Origin: Octopus vulgaris
Taxonomy: Eukaryota
Assembly: GCA_951406725.2 (NCBI GenBank)
Contig: OX597819.1
Location: 131,812,001-131,876,000 of the forward strand
Direction of reading: 5' to 3'
Length of the DNA: 64,000 nucleotides
Positions 36,653 through 49,969 of this stretch are shown piece after piece. The notes below the pieces were generated by a model. It was not told the origin of the DNA, did no database searches, and saw only the letters and a list, made by a program, of their open reading frames with translations. Numbering within the stretch: the stretch's first letter is position 1; every line of letters starts with the position of its first letter. Both the position numbers and the translations under genes were made by a program.

Positions 36653-37055
36653 GGCGCAGGAGTGGCTGTGTGGTAAGTAGCTTGCTTACCAACCACATGG
36701 TTCCGGGTTCAGTCCCACTGCGTGGCATCTTGGGCAAGTGTCTTCTGCTATAGCCCCGGGCCGACCAATGCCTTGTGAGTGGATTTGGTAGACGGAAACT
36801 GAAAGAAGCCTGTCATATATATATATATATATATATGTGTTTGTTTGTGTGTCAGTGTTTGTCCCCCTAGCATTGCTTGACAACCGATGCTGGTGTGCTT
36901 ACGTCCCCATCACTTAGCGGTTCGGCAAAAGAGACCGATAGAATAAGTACTGGGCTTACAAAGAATAAGTCCCGGGGTCGATTTGCTCGACTAAAGGCGG
37001 TGCTCCAGCATGGCCACAGTCAAATGACTGAAACAAGTAAAAGAGTAAAGAGAGT
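36653..37055 (+). mobile_element. SINE family A (tRNA head plus CORE-like domain, OR2-like), full-length
   Basis: A-box-like tggctgtgtggtaag, B-box-like ggttcagtcc, CORE-like cttgggcaagt, internal (TA/TG)n, tail gactgaaacaagtaaaagagtaaa. Near-identical to other copies in the window. The family name is from memory of octopus SINE literature. Confidence 0.9.
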
Positions 37056-38569
37056 AAGGCAAAAAGAGAGCGAGGAAGAAGAGCGGAGAGAAACACAAGT
37101 AAATGAATAAGTAGACGAATGGTAGACTGTTCATCTGTGTTCAGCCAGTGTGTATGAGATGAACAGTAAACAAAGATTATTAAGTAATGAGTAGCAGAAA
37201 GTTGTTGTGACGGAGAGATTGATTTCAATTGCCATAAATAACAACTGCAAGTAATCTGGCATAAACCAGTGCAAGTTGCAGGCTTTACCAAAGTAAATGG
37301 AGAACGAACACAATTTAGGTTAATTAGCAAAAGAGAAAATCTACTAAAAATATCAAAAGACTATCAGGTTGAATAAGATAGGAGTTATCGCCAAATTAGG
37401 AGACTTGTAAGAAGGAGGACAAGTGAACAACAAGTTGGTAGAGAGAGAAGTAGGAAGAAAACCGAAGGAGAGGAAAATATTATTCTAAAAAGATTTCAGT
37501 GATATCAAAGAACTGGCTTAAAATAAATAAAGTTCTAAATTGTGGAAAAAAAAAAAAAAAAATGGAAGTATGAAAAATTTGAAGAGAAGGAGAGGGTGTA
37601 AGTAACGTAAAGTACAAAAAAAAATGAGGCTGAGAAGGCAGCCATCTTTGCAAGTTTGAGATGAGAGATGGGGAGGAGTCAGACCATATACTGAGATGAC
37701 ACATGTTAACTATAAAGAGAGAACAGTCTGAGAGAAATCAAGAGGTGGCTGTTTTGGGTTCATACAACTCTTTAGCACTTAAAGCAGCCAGATCTGGCTA
37801 ATGTATTCTAATTTATGTTCTAACTGGCCAGGTCTGGCCTCTCCCACAAACCCTATAATGTCATACTGAAAATAAACAATAACATCATCAAAATCTTGAA
37901 GTAATGAGATAATCTTTGATTACTTCAAAACAATTTGACTAGACAAGGATTACATTTGACAGAGTAATCCGAATGCCAAATGGGTTTTCATATTAACCAT
38001 TACTAAGTAAACACTGGAACTTTACAGGAAACCATTTTTAGAAAATCTTTTCACTACATTGAGAGTGATTTAGTCTTGATGAATTTCAAATATTATCATC
38101 ATCATCATTGTTTAAACATCCAGTTTATCCCTGATTGCATGAGTCGGATGGATTTTACTGAGGCAAATTTTCTACAACCAGAGATGACCATCTTGTTGCC
38201 ATCTCCCATCTGTTAGCCAAGCAGGTGGGTCCCAAAAGAACGGAAACAAACAACCTCGCTTGTATAACAGTGATGCTCATTTACCACCACTACAGGATGT
38301 CAAGACAAGAGTGTACACAAACACATATCTTTCCGTGGCTTTAGTTGATCTGAAGGATGGGGGAAGGGGCAGCATTTGTAGCCACCTTAAATGTTCAGTT
38401 AGAGAACATTGAAGAACAGTTATGATGTTAGAACGGGCTTTGGAGATTTCCAGAATCCAAACATGACATTGAAAATGTTGGAATATAAATGTTATGATAC
38501 TCTTCTCTCTATTAACCATGCATGGAAATAGAAACCTGGAATACAAACAAAAAACTGAGTAAAGGATAT

Positions 38570-39055
38570 TGGGTTTGAATTTTGACACAAGGCCAGCAAT
38601 TTCAGGGTCAATTGATTACATTAACCCCAGTGTATAACAGGTACTTATTTTATCGACCCTGAAAGAAGAAAAGGCAAAGTCAACCCTCACAGCATTTGAA
38701 CTCAGAACGTAAAAACAGATGAAATGCTGCTGAGTGTTTTGCCTGGCATGCTAACCATTCTACCACCCGGCTGCCTTAAACCCAGTAAAGTCTGTTCCAC
38801 TATAATCTACAGAGATTATAAAGGCAGCAAGCTGGCAGAATCGGTTGCACACCAGGTGAAATGCTTAGCGGTATTTTGTCTGTTGTTACATTCTGAGTTC
38901 AAATTCCGCTGACGTTGACTTTGCCTTTCATCATTTTGGAGGTCAATTAAATAAGTACCAGTTACGCACTGGGGTTGATGTAATCGACTTAATCCCTTTG
39001 TCTGTCCTTGTTTGTCCTTTCTATGTTTAGCCCCCTGTGGGCAATAAAGAAATAA
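38570..39055. mobile_element. Two SINE family C copies head-to-head: 38570-38775 (-) and 38820-39055 (+)
   Basis: tRNA-like head gctggcagaatcg...gagttcaaattcc plus gactttgcctttcatc..gtc.at.aaataagtaccag domain. Other copies at about 725-1290, 11265-11468, 25960-26145, 27375-27550, 29075-29290, 47030-47200, 51120-51335, 52575-52990, 59125-59335 and 62045-62270. Confidence 0.85.
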
Positions 39056-40744
39056 ATATATTCTATGGAGATGAGTGCAGGAAGAGCCACATGGGTAAAT
39101 GGTTTAGTTTGTAACTCTATTTTCCACTCTAGCTTCAGGTAGGCCAATACTTTGCAGGTAGACAAGAAGCTGAGTGCCAACTGTGTCACCTGTGTGTGTG
39201 TGCCTGTGCCTGCATGCATGTGCACCTGGATGGGGGTGAGCATACAGGTGTAAATGATGCATCAAATTAGATCCATCATCGCTGTTTAATGTGTGGAGAG
39301 GGTTAAGGTATTGCAGTGGAGCCGAAAGAGATAAAAATAGAGGTGATGTGGTGTCAAGGTGGCCTCAGGGTACAAGGTGAATATAGAAGAGAATGGGAAC
39401 AGAATAAAGAGTGGGTGGGAAGGCAGGGAAGGGTGGATAAGGGGTGAGGAATACAAGTTAAGTGTGTTTGTGGGGTGGGGTGGGGTGGGGTCTATGTTTG
39501 TGCCCGGCTGTGTGCAACCAACACAAACATGATAGCAAAGTTATGATAGAAGAGAAACGAGCTTCAAAAGTCATCGGAACAATGTTGTTCCTGTTGTTTC
39601 GATAAACTATTGGCTGGGTACCACTGCCATTTAGTGCTCCACATTTTCCTTGACTTTCATGTTTTGTATATTTTGGTAAGCAACAAGTACAGTTTAAAAG
39701 ACTGCATTGTAGATTGTGAAAATGCTTAAATAACCAAAACTGTTTGTTGAGGTTAGGTTCAAAAGATTCTCCAGTCCCAGACCTAACATTAAATAAATTT
39801 ACCAAACGACTGCATTGAAGATTTTTTTCTGCTTCCCACCCAGTGAGATGTGATCTTCCAGTCTGCATCAAAAGAGAATAACTTGGCATAAAAACCAGCT
39901 TGAACCATAACAAACCATCCAACATACAAAGCTGATGACCAAAACCCAAAGAGAGTAATTACCAGAATCATCATGAAGACCAATGATAGTCGTACACTTT
40001 ATATTACCCTCCTCACAACACCTGAATGTCCAATATTACATTTCTCAGCTGATTTGTTTTAACCGTTTAGCATCCAAATTACTGCCAAATGGAATGCTTT
40101 ATCGATTCCCATTGTTTTCCATTAGCTCTGCATTATCTCATAGCTTTGAACTTTCAACGATGTGGTCGTTTATTTTTAGAGTGACATTGTAGGATAAGTG
40201 TGAGGAGTGGATCTGGCCAGTTTGGACAGAAAACAGAAAGAATATTTGGGCCAGATTTGGCTGGTTTCAATGCCAAAGGGTTAAATAGAATTCCTAAATC
40301 TCCTCCAAAACCCAACAAAATATGTAAATAAAGGCTTTCAATTAGAAGATCATCTTTCCCCATTTCCATAGAAATGAATACCAAACGTCACAACTTTTAT
40401 CCTGCTCTGAAGGCTGAGCCATGTAACAAGTCTTAATGTAAATTAATAATGGAGCTTCACCTGCTAGAAATAGCAGCCAATCCTCTTTAAATCACACCCG
40501 ACAGCCTTAAAAAGAGACACAGCAGATAATATAAACCAGAAGTATATTTTGCCTAAAAGAAAAGATGGATGCTCATGACTGTTGTGATGAGAGCCATGAC
40601 ACCCCCTTGCAATAAATAGACTGGACCGCGAGATTATAAATAGTAGCAGTCAGAGTGAAGTTTGTGTTTTAGTTGAGTTCACAGTGATGTGGGAAGGTGT
40701 CAGCTGGTTGGTTCATTTGGAATATTGGTTCATGAAGAGATTAT

Positions 40745-41300
40745 GGATCAAAAAACAAAAAGCTCTACCGCACCAGCTACCCACATTAATAAATTAAAAA
40801 TACCTAATAAAGAATTCAGTCTGGATTGGTCTATTATAATGGAAACGACACCATACAATACACACACCAGAAATTGTAAATTATGCACAAAAGAAGCGAT
40901 CAATATACTCTGTGCTGACAAAAAAGTTTTATTTAATAAGACCTCGGATGTCATTATTCTTTGTAGACATAAATATTTATCAACTTTTAAATTTTTTTCC
41001 CCCAAAATAATTAGTTTATATGATTTTAACCTATTTACCCTTTCTGCATTTTGGATTCATCCTAAAACACTATTATCAAATAGCTTCATAACCTATTTAA
41101 ACATGTAAATTTAGCTCTTGTCTTATCATCCACCTGAACAGTATGTTCCGACATAGCATCCAAATTTTTAAAATTCTAAAATTTCTCACATTGCTTAAAA
41201 TTTTTAGATTAACCCTGATGAGAGAAATGTAGAGGATTGTTATGGTTGGAATTAATTCGCCAACCTATATTTTCTCAAAACGGCCGTCAGACTTTGTACC
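40745..41300 (+). mobile_element. Penelope-like retroelement 3' remnant (C-terminal GIY-YIG region plus pLTR)
   Basis: ORF 40689-41108 contains HINKLK..NKEFSLDWSII...PYN...RNCKLCTKE..I.......FNKTSDVI..CRHK, matching the typical C-terminus of PLE GIY-YIG domains. It is followed by a hammerhead motif. Confidence 0.82.
41211..41292 (+). ncRNA. Decayed hammerhead motif just downstream of a Penelope ORF remnant
   Basis: CTGATGA-gagaaa..tttctc-AAAA-cggccg-TC. GAAA to AAAA fits CpG decay; stem I is poor. Confidence 0.6.
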
Positions 41301-41978
41301 TGCTGAAGATTCTTCTTAAAATCATTTTATACCAACATTTTCATCTTTTTGGGTTAACACTATACATTCACCAAAAGCATATTTTAATATCCTCATTGAT
41401 TTTAATACTGACATACAACCTCACAACTACAGTTATTTAATTATATGTATTTATATATCTATATATCGTATCATGTATCTATGAATGTACCTATGTATGC
41501 TGTGAGGTATTCCTATGCTTTGAAATATGCCGAGTAAATATGAACACTGACCTTTGAAATTTGTTCTCTCCTTCTTGACACTTTATATCCCTGACACTTT
41601 TTAGGGCGCTAATTAGTTGTGCTGTTTAATGGGGACAATAATCCCATTTATTTCTTCATTATACATTGTAAAACATAACTGTCACCACCACGGCATGAAC
41701 CTGATGATGGCATGGTTTAATGCATGAAAACACTGGCTTTGGTTGGCCTGAGACTATAGTTCAAAGACGCTTGCCCAAGGGGCCACGCAATGGGACTGAA
41801 CCCGGGACCATGTGCTTGAGAACCCAAATATGCACCTATAATAATTGCCTTCAGTAATACTCATGCATTGAAAATCAAATCTTTAAACAAAGGTGGTTCT
41901 GTTTAAAAGTAACGGCTGATTTTGTAGATGGAAACTGAGAGAAACATATCATGTATGTGTGTGTGTGTACATGTATGC

Positions 41979-42009
<31 letters not shown>

Positions 42010-42645
42010 TACAAGCATATATGTGTTTATGTGTGTGTGTCCTTGTCTTGACATGTGATCATTTTAAATGAGTGCTATCATCCTACAAGCATTGTTGTCT
42101 GTTTCCAGTCTTCCATGAAAAACATGTCTGGTCATACGGAAATGTGATCTCTCTCGGAAACTGGTGAGGTTTGCCAGCTGGAAAGTTCCGTTACCAAACA
42201 ATTTAATTCTAATAACCATTCACAATAGCATTTTCATACCTCATTTTTAAAATATGCTCTTATCCTATCCAGGATATATTTAACAAGAAACACAGAAATA
42301 TACTCTATAAAAATCATTATTAAAAAAACTAAAAATTCTGAAATACAACCCTAACAACATAAAAAAAAAAGCATTTACATGATTTTCATATTTCACTTAC
42401 AACATTCACATAATAATACAGGAAGCATTGCCACTACCAGCTCACAAATCCCTCAACATTACAAAAACATACTCACATCAGAGTAGACAGACCCTTTCAC
42501 AATGGGGGGTCGGCTTATAACATACATAACCTTGCATATTCAATGTATAAACATCACAAACAACATTTTTGTAAAAATAATGGGAAAATGACATTACACT
42601 AAAAATACAGACTCTCAAAATAAAAACGATTAACACGAAATACTT

Positions 42646-42706
<61 letters not shown>

Positions 42707-42793
42707 GAGAGAGAGAGTTTACGAAAAAAAGACGAAGACAGGTGGTGTATAAAACAAACAGATGTATTAGTATAATGCTCAAGAATAGAAAAA

Positions 42794-42835
42794 GTCTTTT
42801 ACGTTTTGAGTCTACGCTCTTCTACAGAAAGGGAC
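42794..42835 (-). ncRNA. Variant or decayed hammerhead-like motif
   Basis: Minus strand cttt-CTGTAGA-a-gagcgtagactc-AAAA-cg-TA-aaag; two core deviations. Confidence 0.4.
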
Positions 42836-43449
42836 ACAGAAAAAACAAGGAGAGAAACGAGAAATATATATACACACACACACACCACCACTACCAACTT
42901 AAATAACCACCCCACTAAATGATACATTCCAACAACAACACTATTACAAACAGCACAAGTGAAGGAGACTAAATGGATGCCCTAAACACCTCCAGGTTGT
43001 CTAAAAGGTACAGATTAACGAGAGGAGGTAAAGAGATATCATAATGGCTGAACTCTCTTTGTAGCCTGAATAATCCACACCCACACACAAACGTACCCCC
43101 AGCAAGTCAACTACAACAACTCTTCCGTCAGGCACCACCTTGGGCTTCACACTCTTAACTTCAAACACAATCCCCAGCATTGGCACCACACAGCAGGCAT
43201 TCCGAAAAGACCGAATGAAAAAAAAAAGGAAAAAAAAAACATCCTACAAAGCAATATTAAAAAAAATACAACCCAATTGCATGCTGGGAATAGGAAACTT
43301 CATAAAATAACAGACAACCACACAAAAACTACCTAAATCTCAGCATCAAACAAGGAAATGATAATAATAATAATAATAATAATAATAAACCAGAAAAAAA
43401 CACAGAGAACTGACAAACATCTGTGTGCAATATAAACCTCAAAACAGTA

Positions 43450-44600
43450 GAACACTGTCTAGATTAACAACAACAACGGTTCCAGCAGATCTTGTGTCAG
43501 AATAACCTCAAATACTGACATTGCCTGACCAAATAAATGTCCTCATTTTTAAATATTTCTCAAAAATCAGCCACCACAAAACCTAACAAAGAAAGCAGGA
43601 ACTCATCAGGAAATATGCACCTTTCCACCCAGACCTCAGTTTTGACCGTTTTTCTTCCATCAGACTCTAAAAATGCATGAAAGAAATCTAAAAACTCGAA
43701 AGCCTCAGTGCTAGGAGTCCAGACAAAATCACAGATTTATACCTAAAAACACCTGAATGCTTTTGAAGGAACCACTGAGTCATTAGCAAGAGCAGTTATT
43801 CTTTCTTACTAACCCAGAACCTGGAAGACGGAGAAAACCATAATTCTAAAACCCAACAAAACAAAACAAAACAAAACAAAAATCAAGCAAAACAACACAA
43901 AACAGACAGACCTATCACTCTTCATTCTTTGATTCTACTAACTCCCCGCCCCTCCCCACTCCACCCTTTCTCCAAATCAAAAGATTCAGACAGCACACAA
44001 TACACAATGACCTCGACAACAACCAGCCACGACCACCACCAGCCAATATGTACCAATCTAACCACCATCAACATCAGTGAGACTTCCTCCACCCTTCTTC
44101 ACCAACCACTCACACAGAACAGAAACTATTCAGCACCACCTTAAAAAACAACAAAGAACTGCAGCTGGTTGGCAAATTATTTGTCAGGTTGCCAAAACTA
44201 TGGAATTAATGTACACCATCAGCACTTCTAGAATCTGCAATAAATGGAGTGCTTCAAGGATGTGGTGTCCTGTCAGCCACTCTTTTCAACTTTTCTACTT
44301 CAAAACATCCAACCTCATCTGCAGAAGACATCAAATTCATACACTCCCACAATTCTTCAGACATGGCTGCACTACAAATCCAGTCACCAAGAAAGCTGGC
44401 ACCAAAAGACTGAGAACAGAAGCACCTGCCAAATCTTGCTGTCCTCCTTTTTACCAGCAACTCCAGAGTACATCAAACACACCCACACACACAATATCAT
44501 CATCATCATCATCAAAGAAAAAAATAGAAAACAAGAATACTAAAAGTTCCATACAACAACTCTGTAACATTACCAACAAACAATCCTTAATACCTGTGTC
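43450..44600 (+). mobile_element. Highly decayed non-LTR retrotransposon RT (Jockey/I-like)
   Basis: Fragments read SARSPDKITDLYLK, WKTEKTIILKPNK, RPITLHS, NGVLQGCGVLSATLFNF and SAEDIKF, which are RT motifs in the expected order. Confidence 0.7.
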
Positions 44601-44609
44601 GCCTTACTA

Positions 44610-46420
44610 GCACCTGTGGTGGTGGCATGTGAAAAAAAGCATTCGAGCAAGGTTGTTGCCAGTGCCACTGGACTGGCTCCTGTGCAGGTGGCACATAAAA
44701 AGCCAGTACCCCCTGACTGGCCCTCGTAACGGTGGCACGTAAAAAGCACCCACTACACTTTCAGAGTGGTTGGCATTAGGAAGGGCACCTAGCTGTAGAA
44801 ACTCTGCCAGATCAGACTGGAGCCCGGTGCAGCCATCTGGTTCACCAGTCCTCAATCAAATCGTCCAACCCATGCTAGCATGGAAAGCAGACGTTAAACG
44901 ATGATGATGATGAATCCTTAATAAAGCAATCACAGACGATCACATTTGGCCAGCAAGAAAAAAAACAATAATGATGAGGTACAAACTATACATTAAATAC
45001 AACCCCACCTGGGCTGCTTTCTCATGAAAGAATTTGCACTGCTGTAATTAACAGATGCATAAATCTATTAATCATCATCATTTAGTGTCTACTTTCCATG
45101 CTGGCATGGGTTGGATGGTTTGACCGGAACAGGCAAGCCATGGAGCTGCATCAAATTCTAGTCTGATTTGGCATGGTTTCTATGGCTGGATACCCTTCTT
45201 AATGCCAACCACTCCAAGAGTGTAATGGGTGCTTTTTACGTGCCACCGACACAAGTGCCATTTACATGGCACCAACAACGGCCACAGCTATGGAGGATTG
45301 AAGCATTTCCAACTAAGTTCTGGTTTGTGTTTGATTTAAATAACAATTATTAAGAAGTTCTCTTTGTAGACAGAAAAATGAAGAGCGCCTAATGGCTGAC
45401 ATGTGGTCAACCAGCTCCTTTTTCACTTAGCTGAGTGCAAAGAGAGTAACATAATATATTTGCTCACAAAAAAAAATAATCTATACACACGCACACACAC
45501 TATAACAGCTTTGTCCTCATTTCAACACCCACTTTTCCATGGTTGCATGGGTCAGGTAGAGTTCATTGAAGTAAATTGTCTTCAGCCAAACACCTTTCCT
45601 GTTACAACCTTTCACCCTTTTTGCAAGCAAGGCAATATTTTCTCCATTGTTGGATGGGTTTTCATGGATGATTAGAGAAGAATGACACCACTTGCATAAC
45701 AGTGAAACTCGTTTACAATTATCACACAATGTCAAGACAGCGAGACAAGCTTGTGTTTCCTTATCTTCATATCACATACTAGTTGTAATCATACGAGCAG
45801 TGTCCTTCACTTTCACCTGATTGTTGGTGACTGGGAAGGCACCCAGCCAGAGAAGATTTGCTTCACTTAATTCTGTCTGACCTATGCAAGCAATGAAAAG
45901 TGGATGTTAAAATGATGATGATGCACTAAGACACCCATGCCAGTGACACGTAAAAAGCACCGTCCGAACGTGGCAGATGCCAGCGCCGCCTGACCAGCAT
46001 CCGTGTCGGTGACACATAAAAGAACCTACCGATCGTGGCCGTTTGCCAGCCTGCACTGGCCCCTGTGCCGGTGGCATGTAAAAAACACCCACTACACTCA
46101 TGGAGTGGTTGGCATTAGGAAGGGCATCCAGCTGTAGAAACACTACCAAATCAGACTAGAGCCTGGTGCAGCCTCCTTGGCTTCTCAGACCCCAGTCGAG
46201 CCATCCAACCCATGCTAGCATGGAAAACAGATGTTAAATGATGATGATGTTTCATTGCTGGCCTGAGTTTGAGAGGAGCAGATAAGCCACAGGACTGCAC
46301 CAAGCACCACTGTCTGCGTTGGCATGGTTTTTACAGCTGGATGCTCTTCCTGACACCAACCACTTCACAAAGTGTACTGAGTGCCCTTTTTTTTTCTTTT
46401 TACAGGACACAAGCACTGGT
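44610..46420. mobile_element. Cluster of SINE-B copies: 44610-44913 (+), 45070-45290 (-), 45930-46250 (+), 46255-46420 (-)
   Basis: Family B motifs. Other copies at about 795-1175, 7528-7850, 8755-8990, 9800-9968, 12795-13065, 14712-14897, 22420-22588, 26240-26470, 26565-26662, 30812-31068, 48810-49000, 50353-50585, 52641-52855, 56205-56440 and 61420-61802. Confidence 0.85.
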
Positions 46421-47575
46421 CAAGTCTGCTTTGACAAGTACACAAGTGGCTTCCCACAGTTCTCGTCTTCCAAATTCATTCACAAGTCCTTGGTCGTCCC
46501 GAGGCTGTAGTAGAAGGCACTTGCTTAAGTTGCCATGCAATGGAACTGAACCTGGAACCAAATGGTTGGAAAGTGAACTTCATAACCAAGCTGCTATGCT
46601 GGCATACACACACACACAGAGTATGGCCAAATGGTTAAAAAGTTTGTTTCATAAGCATATGGTCCAAGGTTCAATCTCATTGCATGGCATTTTCTATAAA
46701 TTTCATGTTGACCTAGCCTGAGAGAGAAACTGTACAGAAGCCCACCTGATGGATTGTACCCGGAATTCAAAAGGTCCAGCCTTGTCGCACACAGACACAC
46801 ACCATGTCACGTTGATTCTGCCTGAGGATTACATTAACAGTACATGGGGTCTGTGGAACGTAGAGTTACTAAGGAGTTGATTCAGGGGCAGGTAATTCAG
46901 GTGATCAAACAACTGAATCCTCATCCATCAACTGATGGAGATCCACACTACACACACACACACACAATGTAGGAGAGAGGATGAAGGCATATCTTTTAAA
47001 TATCAAAAAATAATTATTTCAATTTGAGGAAGAAGGGCAGCAATTTCAAGAAGAGGGTGTAAGTGAATGCCATCAACCCCATCAGTTGACTGGTATTTTA
47101 TGGACCCTAGAAAGATGAAAAGCAAAGTTGACTTTGACAGGATTTGAACTCAGAATGTTTTAAGGACTGGAACAGATAGTGCAAAGCACTTTTTTCCTGT
47201 TGCACTGCACCACCCTTGTCTCGACAAATAATAAGAAAACATTTCCTACCTTCCTGAGTATCAGCCATTTTCAATATGTACAATTAAGGAACTGCAACTG
47301 GTAATGTCTTCTCGACTGACTTCAATTCTGTAAACAGAGCAGACGTTTGTTTAGATCAGCTGCAGAATATATTCTTACAATACAGGCTTATGTTGATAGC
47401 AATAACAGAGAAACATATGAAGAAATATCTCATCGTAATTCAGTTGGCATAGTAACGGAATATTTAGCAAACGATATTCCAAAATAACAGAAGCATACAT
47501 GCAACAAGAATGTAAGACTTGTATATTTTGATAAAACAGGTTTCATATACATATATATATATATATATATATGTG

Positions 47576-47610
<35 letters not shown>

Positions 47611-47689
47611 TCACACACACACACACACACACATGCACTTTATATAAAATGACTGGTATAGCAAGATCATACTCAACTGTTACAAGGAA

Positions 47690-48790
47690 ATGTCTAAGAA
47701 GTAATTACAAAATTACAAAAGATATCAAATTGCTGGATTAGGTGATGAAAATTACAGAAAGGGCCATAGCTCTCAACTAATTAAGAGTTAGCCTAGATGA
47801 GATGCAGTTTGGTTTCGCACCAGGGAGAAGCATTACTGGTGCTCTCTAGTTATGCAACTTCGGAAATATTTATCCAAGAACAAGGTGCTGTACTTGACAT
47901 GTGTCAACATGAAGAAAACCTTTGACAGGGTCCCTAATTCACTTATCTGGTGGTCATTGCAGAAGCTAAGGGTAGATAAATGGCAATGTCGGTAACAAAA
48001 GGTTTCTCTCTCTCAGAGTGAAAGACAGATTCTATGAGGTTTGTGTGAGAACTGTAATGCTACTTGGCAGTGGGCCATGAATACAAAGGCCATGAATACA
48101 AAGGAAAGTTGCATGTATGACAAATTGTGAAAAGGCTGTGAGAACAATTAGGCCTAAGAGGTACTAGATGAAGAGAGAAAAGTGCACTAGTATGGTGATG
48201 TGATGCATATAGATGAGGACAGCTGCATAAAGATGTGTGCCAATTGCTAAATGCAGATGGAACCTGTGGAAGCGGGAGATCCAGAAAGACGTGGGATGAA
48301 GGAGTGAAGAATGGTCTTCAGATGTTGATTGACATGGTGGAGATAACAAAGAACCAAGATGATTAGCAATTTGCTGCATTCGACAAGATCCATCCATCTC
48401 AGCAAAAATGAGGCCCTAAAAGTATATCATTTATATGTATGTCCCTGACACAATCTGTCCTTGACATGTCTCTTCCCTTCAACACATCTTCCTAAACACC
48501 CCACCTCCATTACTTTTCTGACAATGGCACCATTCCTATCAATTGCTGTAACGTACAAACTGACCACACTGTCCAATTCCTCTCAACCATTTCCCTTTTA
48601 TCTACCCCTTTCTGTAACTTGAGGATACAGCTGAACACATCTTCCCTGCCATCTTCTCTCCTTTTCCAAATGGGGTACCCATGTATCTCCTCTTACAGCA
48701 AGGCACTTGTTCCTCTATCATACTTTAACCTCTCATCACCTGTCATAAAGCCACCTCTCTCGATACATCACCCCTTGGCAGCTGAGGGAT
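47690..48790 (+). mobile_element. Decayed RTE-clade LINE (RT fragment and 3' UTR)
   Basis: Translates to SLDEMQFGFAPGRSITGA and KYLSKNKVLYLTCVNMKKTFDRVPNSLIWWSLQKLRVDKW; related to the copy at 21 kb. Confidence 0.82.
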
Positions 48791-49236
48791 CTTCTTACTA
48801 GTGAAATCACTAGTACCAGTGCCATGGAAAAAGCACCCAGTACACTCTGTAAAGTGGTTAGCACTAAGAAGGCCATCCAACCACAGAAACCATGCTGAAG
48901 CAGACATTGGAAACTGGCACAGTTCTCTGGCTTGTCAACTCCTCTCAAAATGTCTAACCCATGCCAGCATGGAGAATGGATATTAAACAATGAGAATGAT
49001 ATATGTAGTCATCAGCTCCTTCTTGTTTCCAAATATTTCACATAAATACATACACACGCACTCGCACATGCACGTGTGTATGTGCATCACAGAATCTTCC
49101 AAAACCAGACACCAATATCTAACCATTGTCTAAGCCTAATAAGATTACCTATGAATAAAACCAATACCAAAGTAAATGATCCTCACAGACTAGGAATCTA
49201 CAAACACTTTCCAAATGAATGGCAATCAATAATAGT

Positions 49237-49623
49237 AAGACTAAGATATAAGAAATTCACAACTGAGCATAATGTATGTACATTCCCATCATCAGCTGCC
49301 CATACGGTTATCATTGTGGTTTTGACACCTGGGCAGTAGTACCACTGAATCTGGCAACAGCATTAAAAATATACTTGCTGCCTGGGAATCTACCAGCTTA
49401 TGACTAAAAGTAACAACATAAGAGTAAAGAAATATTGGTAACTTATAGCTAGAAAGTAGTATTTACAAAGACTAAAGGACAACCCAGAATAACAAGACAA
49501 GGATATAAGAAATTCACAATTGAGCATAACATATTCCCACCAGTTGCCAAATGGATATCACTATGGTTTCAACATCTGTGCAGTACCATTCAACCTGACT
49601 GGTGCCAACAGCATTAAATATAT
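49237..49623 (+). repeat. Diverged direct duplication of about 130 bp
   Basis: gatataagaaattcacaa.tgagcataa...caacagcattaaa at 49237-49373 and 49494-49623. Confidence 0.8.
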
Positions 49624-49969
49624 CTGTAGATTGAGGGGATAATCATAATCCAGCCTATCACTTTATGTAGAGACTGAGCTAGCATGGTATTCCAAGAACT
49701 GGAAAATGTCAGTTCAACCGATTGCAAAGAGGAGCTCTTCACAAATCTCTGAAGATGTGAAGGAACAGTAATAATTCCACTGAATTTATTGTAAGAGTTT
49801 GGGCAGAATAAACCAAAGTTCATTGGCAAAAAAAATCATAACACTGATTTCAATTTCTCATCCTTTTCTCATCTAAATTATTTTATACACACACACTTCA
49901 TGTTAATTTATGTTCCAAACACCAGCTCCATAATGAAGAATTTAATAAAATTCATTATTTCCAATTACA

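Noticed and set aside
36660-36725. tRNA gene
   Set aside because: A/B-box-like head belongs to a SINE and continues into the SINE body; I could not fold a complete cloverleaf.
41697-41737. CTGATGA-tggcat..atgcat-GAAA
   Set aside because: Weak stem II and cut off by a SINE before stems III and I; not callable as a ribozyme.
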